Notes under the pieces: generated by a model
Told to the model about the DNA's origin: nothing
The model's database searches: none
Seen by the model: the letters and a program-made list of their open reading frames with translations, nothing else
Part shown: positions 16,739 through 20,000 of the stretch, one piece after another
Numbering within the stretch: position 1 is the first letter of the stretch
How the letters are laid out: every line of letters starts with the position of its first letter
DNA from: an uncultured virus (IMG/VR IMGVR_UViG_3300005613_000038)
Lineage: Duplodnaviria; Heunggongvirae; Uroviricota; Caudoviricetes
Direction: 5' to 3' (one strand)
DNA: 20,000 nt
Virus record (IMG/VR): IMGVR_UViG_3300005613_000038
Position numbers and translations under genes: made by a program

Positions 16739-16913
16739 ACTATAAGTATAACATACCGAAGTGCTGTTTGTCAAGAGAGGAATTTAAGACAGAAAAAATC
16801 GTTAACTTTCTCATAACTCTTTTATTCGCAATGAGTTACTGAAAATTCACGACTATATTAAATTTCTATAAATTATTCTTAATTTGTTTAACATATTGAT
16901 AATAAACAAGTTG
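16679..16913. repeat. Three copies of a 25-bp quasi-palindromic motif flanking the late promoter
   Basis: TAAATTGTTGATAATAAAGAACTTA (16679-16703, +), TAACTCATTGCGAATAAAAGAGTTA (16814-16838, -) and TAACATATTGATAATAAACAAGTTG (16889-16913, +). A fourth weaker copy lies at 19883-19907 (-). Confidence 0.5.
16745..16774 (-). promoter_or_regulatory. Sigma70/SigA-type promoter with extended -10
   Basis: TTGACA (16774-16769), 18-nt spacer ending TGT, TATACT (16750-16745). Confidence 0.8.
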
Positions 16914-16952
16914 CAACATTAAAAATAAATCTTAATTATTTTAAAATAAATA

Positions 16953-17582
16953 TTAAATTTCAATAATAGTTAGTTTATTTGTTCGTTTGTATTTTTCATC
17001 AAGTACAGAACAATTGTAAAAGTCTATATTTTCTTGTGTTATTGATTGCCCACCATATCTATGTAAATGACCAAATAAATGCCTTTTTGGCTTCTTTTTC
17101 ATTATTTCTCTAGCTAATACTTCACAACCACATCTTATATCTGATAAATTTCGATCTAATATTCCATAACACGCACCGTGTGTTATTAAAAAATCAAGAT
17201 TATAAGGAATTTTTTCCCATATTCTCTTTGCTTCTAATGAGCATCTTTGATACATAAAACTCCAATTATTAAAATATGGTGTATAAGGAGAGCCATAAAA
17301 TCTTAATCCCTCAATTTCAACTAAATCACTCTCTAAATAAATAACATTAGTAAATAAAGATTTGGTTTTATCTTTTCCGATTTTCTCAATTTCTGTGTCA
17401 TGATTTCCAGCAACGTAAATTTTATGAGTAAAATTTTGTTTTCCAAACCAACGATTAGCATATTCTAATTCAGCAAGAGAAGTTATATGAAAATCTCCAC
17501 AATGAATTAAAATATCCCCTTTTGGTAAATCTAAATAAGATTCCAATCCATGTGAATCAGAAATTGCTACAACTGTTATCAT
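16953..17582 (-). CDS. Calcineurin-like metallophosphoesterase (239FB/MPPED-like)
   Basis: Complete motif set SDSHG, IHCGD, AGNHD, ITHG and FGHLH, plus 'YGSPYTP.F.NW.F'. Confidence 0.9.
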   Translation of the reverse strand: MITVVAISDSHGLESYLDLPKGDILIHCGDFHITSLAELEYANRWFGKQNFTHKIYVAGNHDTEIEKIGKDKTKSLFTNVIYLESDLVEIEGLRFYGSPYTPYFNNWSFMYQRCSLEAKRIWEKIPYNLDFLITHGACYGILDRNLSDIRCGCEVLAREIMKKKPKRHLFGHLHRYGGQSITQENIDFYNCSVLDEKYKRTNKLTIIEI

Positions 17583-17698
17583 TCTGTTTCCTCTTCAGAA
17601 TCTAATATTCTATATCCACAAAGAGGACATTCTTCTAAATTTCCTATTTCACCTATAAATTCTTTACATCTTGGACAAATAACCGATTTTTTAGACAT
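17579..17698 (-). CDS. 39-aa Zn-ribbon microprotein
   Basis: Hand translation MSKKSVICPRCKEFIGEIGNLEECPLCGYRILDSEEETE (CPRC...CPLC). SD GGAGG; its stop overlaps the phosphoesterase start (ATGA). Confidence 0.7.
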   Translation of the reverse strand: MSKKSVICPRCKEFIGEIGNLEECPLCGYRILDSEEETE

Positions 17699-17867
17699 CT
17701 TTAACCTCCTGTATACTATCTCCATTTCCTAAAGTAAACACTATTTTTCCTTCATCACCGTAAACTTCATATCCCGATAACACTAAAGCAGAAATAAGAT
17801 CTTTCCACGCTTCTCTTGACATTTCTTCTGTTCCTGTCCATCTATCAATTGTTATCTGTTTTTTCAT
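17691..17867 (-). CDS. 58-aa hypothetical protein
   Basis: Hand translation MKKQITIDRWTGTEEMSREAWKDLISALVLSGYEVYGDEGKIVFTLGNGDSIQEVKDV. ATGA overlap with the upstream ORF and 8-nt overlap with the downstream ORF. Confidence 0.65.
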   Translation of the reverse strand: MKKQITIDRWTGTEEMSREAWKDLISALVLSGYEVYGDEGKIVFTLGNGDSIQEVKDV

Positions 17868-18097
17868 ATTTTATTTTCCTCAATTTTAATAATTAAATTT
17901 TCTTTATTATGTTTACTATAATAAACTGCAAAATAATCCATAACTTCATAAAGAACATTTTTCATACCTTCTAACTTCGAATTATCTATATTATTGTCTT
18001 CAATAACCTGCTCAGTAATATTTTCACTATTACCAAATCTACCTTTTAAAATATATCCATTATTAACTTTTTTTATTTCTAGTTTCCAATCTTCCAT
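17864..18097 (-). CDS. 77-aa hypothetical phage protein
   Basis: Strong SD AAGGAGG. The start 'LEIKKVNNGYIL' resembles a pattern common in small phage ORFs. Confidence 0.7.
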   Translation of the reverse strand: MEDWKLEIKKVNNGYILKGRFGNSENITEQVIEDNNIDNSKLEGMKNVLYEVMDYFAVYYSKHNKENLIIKIEENKI

Positions 18098-18108
18098 TGT
18101 TTTCCTCC

Positions 18109-18255
18109 TTAAAAATTAAAAATTTTATCTTGTAAATTATTTAATGCTATAATAATATTTTCTTTATCACCTTCATTACAATCATTTAATTCAGTTACTA
18201 ATATTCTTATTTGTATTATATCATCTATTAAATCATTAATTTTATTTTTTAACAT
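18109..18255 (-). CDS. 48-aa hypothetical helical protein
   Basis: Hand translation MLKNKINDLIDDIIQIRILVTELNDCNEGDKENIIIALNNLQDKIFNF. SD AAGGA; the stop codon overlaps the SD of the next gene. Confidence 0.55.
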   Translation of the reverse strand: MLKNKINDLIDDIIQIRILVTELNDCNEGDKENIIIALNNLQDKIFNF

Positions 18256-18301
18256 TATTTATATCCTTAAATTTTAATATAACATATTAAATTATTAATT
18301 G

Positions 18302-19480
18302 TCAAATTTTTTCAATTTTTAAATAAGAAATAAAAAAAATACAAACAAATGTTAATATACTTGAAATAATAACATTCCAATTATACCCTAAATTATCATA
18401 AATAATTCCACCAAATAAACTTCCACCTTTTACACATAAATTACTAAGAGCAGTAACACAAGCATATATCAAACCCTCAGACCCTTTTGGTATTATAATT
18501 GCAAAAAAAGCTAAAATTGACATAAATGTAATTCCACTAAAAATCCCAAAAGCAATATTATATCCTAATAAATACCATTGATTAGGAATATATAAATAAA
18601 ATAAATTAGTTATTGCACTAAATATAACAGTAAAATATAATAATTTCTTTAAATTATAATTATAAAACTTCCAATAATAAAGTAAATATCCTAAAATACC
18701 AAGAACAGTTCCAGTAGCTCCTAAATAACCTAAGAACATTTTATCTACATATAAAACTTCTCTTGCTTTAATCATTAATGCAGTTCCAAAAGAAGGAGAT
18801 AATTGGAAACAAGCTATAAACAATAAAGATAATAAAAATTGTTTATTTTTAAAATATTTTAAGATTGATTTAAATGATTCCTTTTTCTTTTTACTAACAA
18901 TAGGTTCTTGCCATTTAAATCTTAAATATAATAATGTTATAATAGGAACAATACTCACAATTAAATAAGAAATCCTTATTCCTAATTCTGAAGTAAATTT
19001 ATCAGCTATATATGCCCCTAACAAAGAAGTTATTAATCCTGCTATCCCTAAAGAAATCCATTGAACACTCTGCAATTTACCTTGTAATTTATACTTTTGT
19101 TCATATTTCACCATAACTGAATCATTTGCAACATCATTACAACCAATAAAACAATTAATTAAAGTCAATGTAATTAAAAGTGACCAAAAATTTAATCCAT
19201 ATATAATAATATAACTATATAATAATAAAAGACTAATATAATTAATATATAATAAATTTCTAATTTGACCTTTTTTAGAAGCAAATTTATCAATTAAAAA
19301 TCCCCATAAAATCTTAATATACCAAGCTAAAGAAGTAATAAAACCAATTAATCCTATTAAAGTCGCCGATAGCCCCCAAGTTTCTCTAGTTAAATAATAA
19401 ATAATCTGAGAGCTTAAATCATAAAAACCTTGATTAAAGTAAATTATAATAAAAAATAAAATTGGAATTTTCTTTTTCAT
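18302..19480 (-). CDS. MFS transporter, BT1/folate-biopterin (FBT) family-like
   Basis: 392 aa with about 12 hydrophobic segments. 'IYFNQG', 'LAWYIKILWGFLIDK', 'DVANDSVMV', 'LQSVQW' and 'PKGSEGLIYA' match FBT-family motifs (YF.QG, PW.IKPL.G...D, DV..D, LQS..W, P.G.EG..FA). Confidence 0.8.
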   Translation of the reverse strand: MKKKIPILFFIIIYFNQGFYDLSSQIIYYLTRETWGLSATLIGLIGFITSLAWYIKILWGFLIDKFASKKGQIRNLLYINYISLLLLYSYIIIYGLNFWSLLITLTLINCFIGCNDVANDSVMVKYEQKYKLQGKLQSVQWISLGIAGLITSLLGAYIADKFTSELGIRISYLIVSIVPIITLLYLRFKWQEPIVSKKKKESFKSILKYFKNKQFLLSLLFIACFQLSPSFGTALMIKAREVLYVDKMFLGYLGATGTVLGILGYLLYYWKFYNYNLKKLLYFTVIFSAITNLFYLYIPNQWYLLGYNIAFGIFSGITFMSILAFFAIIIPKGSEGLIYACVTALSNLCVKGGSLFGGIIYDNLGYNWNVIISSILTFVCIFFISYLKIEKI

Positions 19481-19642
19481 AATTCACTCGAACCTTCATC
19501 ATAAATTGATTTTAAATAAGAATATTTAAAATTACCACAATCTTCACAATATATTACTATTTTTATATATTTAAAATTTTTTTATTTTTTCATGTTGAAC
19601 AGTATTATTTGTTAATTTTTCACAATTTACACAATAAGTCAT
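19477..19642 (-). pseudogene. Zn-ribbon microprotein gene interrupted by a 1-nt insertion in an A7 run
   Basis: SD AAAGGA and ATG 19642 give MTYCVNCEKLTNNTVQHEKIKKF*. Removing one A from the run at 19577-19583 gives a 54-aa protein (CVNC...CEDC) whose TGA overlaps the MFS ATG. Confidence 0.65.
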
Positions 19643-19743
19643 TATAATTTCCTTTAGTTATTTTTTATTTCAACTTAATAATTTGAAATATTTTTTAGTT
19701 ATTATAGTTTTATATAATTCTCTTAATTATTTCCTTTTGTTTA

Positions 19744-19773
19744 ATTATAACATATGAAATAGTTGTTTGTCAA
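19744..19773 (-). promoter_or_regulatory. Sigma70/SigA-type promoter with extended -10
   Basis: TTGACA (19773-19768), 18-nt spacer ending TGT, TATAAT (19749-19744). Confidence 0.85.
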
Positions 19774-20000
19774 GATTTATAGCTAATTAATTTAATAAAT
19801 TAGTTTTAATGTGTTAATTAATAAATATACAAAAAATGTTCATAAATCATCAATTTTGATATATTTATTCGGTAATTAAAATAATATTGTTTAATTTCAA
19901 TAACTTACAACATATTTATAATATATATTTTGCTATATTCTTATATATTCACTATATATTATCTCCGAAAGCCATATATTTGTGTCTTTTTAAGAGATTT

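Noticed and set aside
16275..16740. Hairpin array considered as a CRISPR array or mini-array
   Set aside because: The hairpins differ in sequence, there are no regularly spaced identical repeats with unique spacers, and no cas genes are present.
1..20000. Stop-codon reassignment (alternative genetic code)
   Set aside because: Long genes are intact under code 11 with high coding density, and TAA, TAG (terL) and TGA all act as stops at sensible gene boundaries.
19780..20000. Very AT-rich right end as a replication origin or gene
   Set aside because: No iterons, DnaA-box cluster or credible ORF could be identified, and the context beyond the window edge is missing.

Overview
AT-rich segment of a tailed dsDNA bacteriophage or prophage (Caudoviricetes, probably long non-contractile tail). 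Essentially all genes are on the minus strand. Read right to left, a sigma70-type promoter (19744-19773) drives an accessory cluster: a frameshifted Zn-ribbon microprotein, a BT1/FBT-family MFS transporter, four small ORFs and a metallophosphoesterase. A second promoter of the same design (16745-16774) is followed by a ~460-nt ORF-free leader packed with hairpins that ends in an intrinsic terminator. The morphogenesis operon follows directly: possible small terminase, decoration/fibre and LamG proteins, large terminase with a 385-aa LAGLIDADG intein, portal fused to two ChaB-like domains, protease/scaffold with an internal start, major capsid, HNH endonuclease, GNAT-like ORF, adaptor, LamG-PKD-BppU-like protein, head closure, neck, tail terminator, holin-like ORF, and a major tail protein with an internal duplication that runs off the left edge. 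The best candidate for an undescribed system is the structured leader RNA with possible terminator/antiterminator switching that gates the late operon. All calls rest on motifs and synteny read by eye; no searches or folding programs were run.
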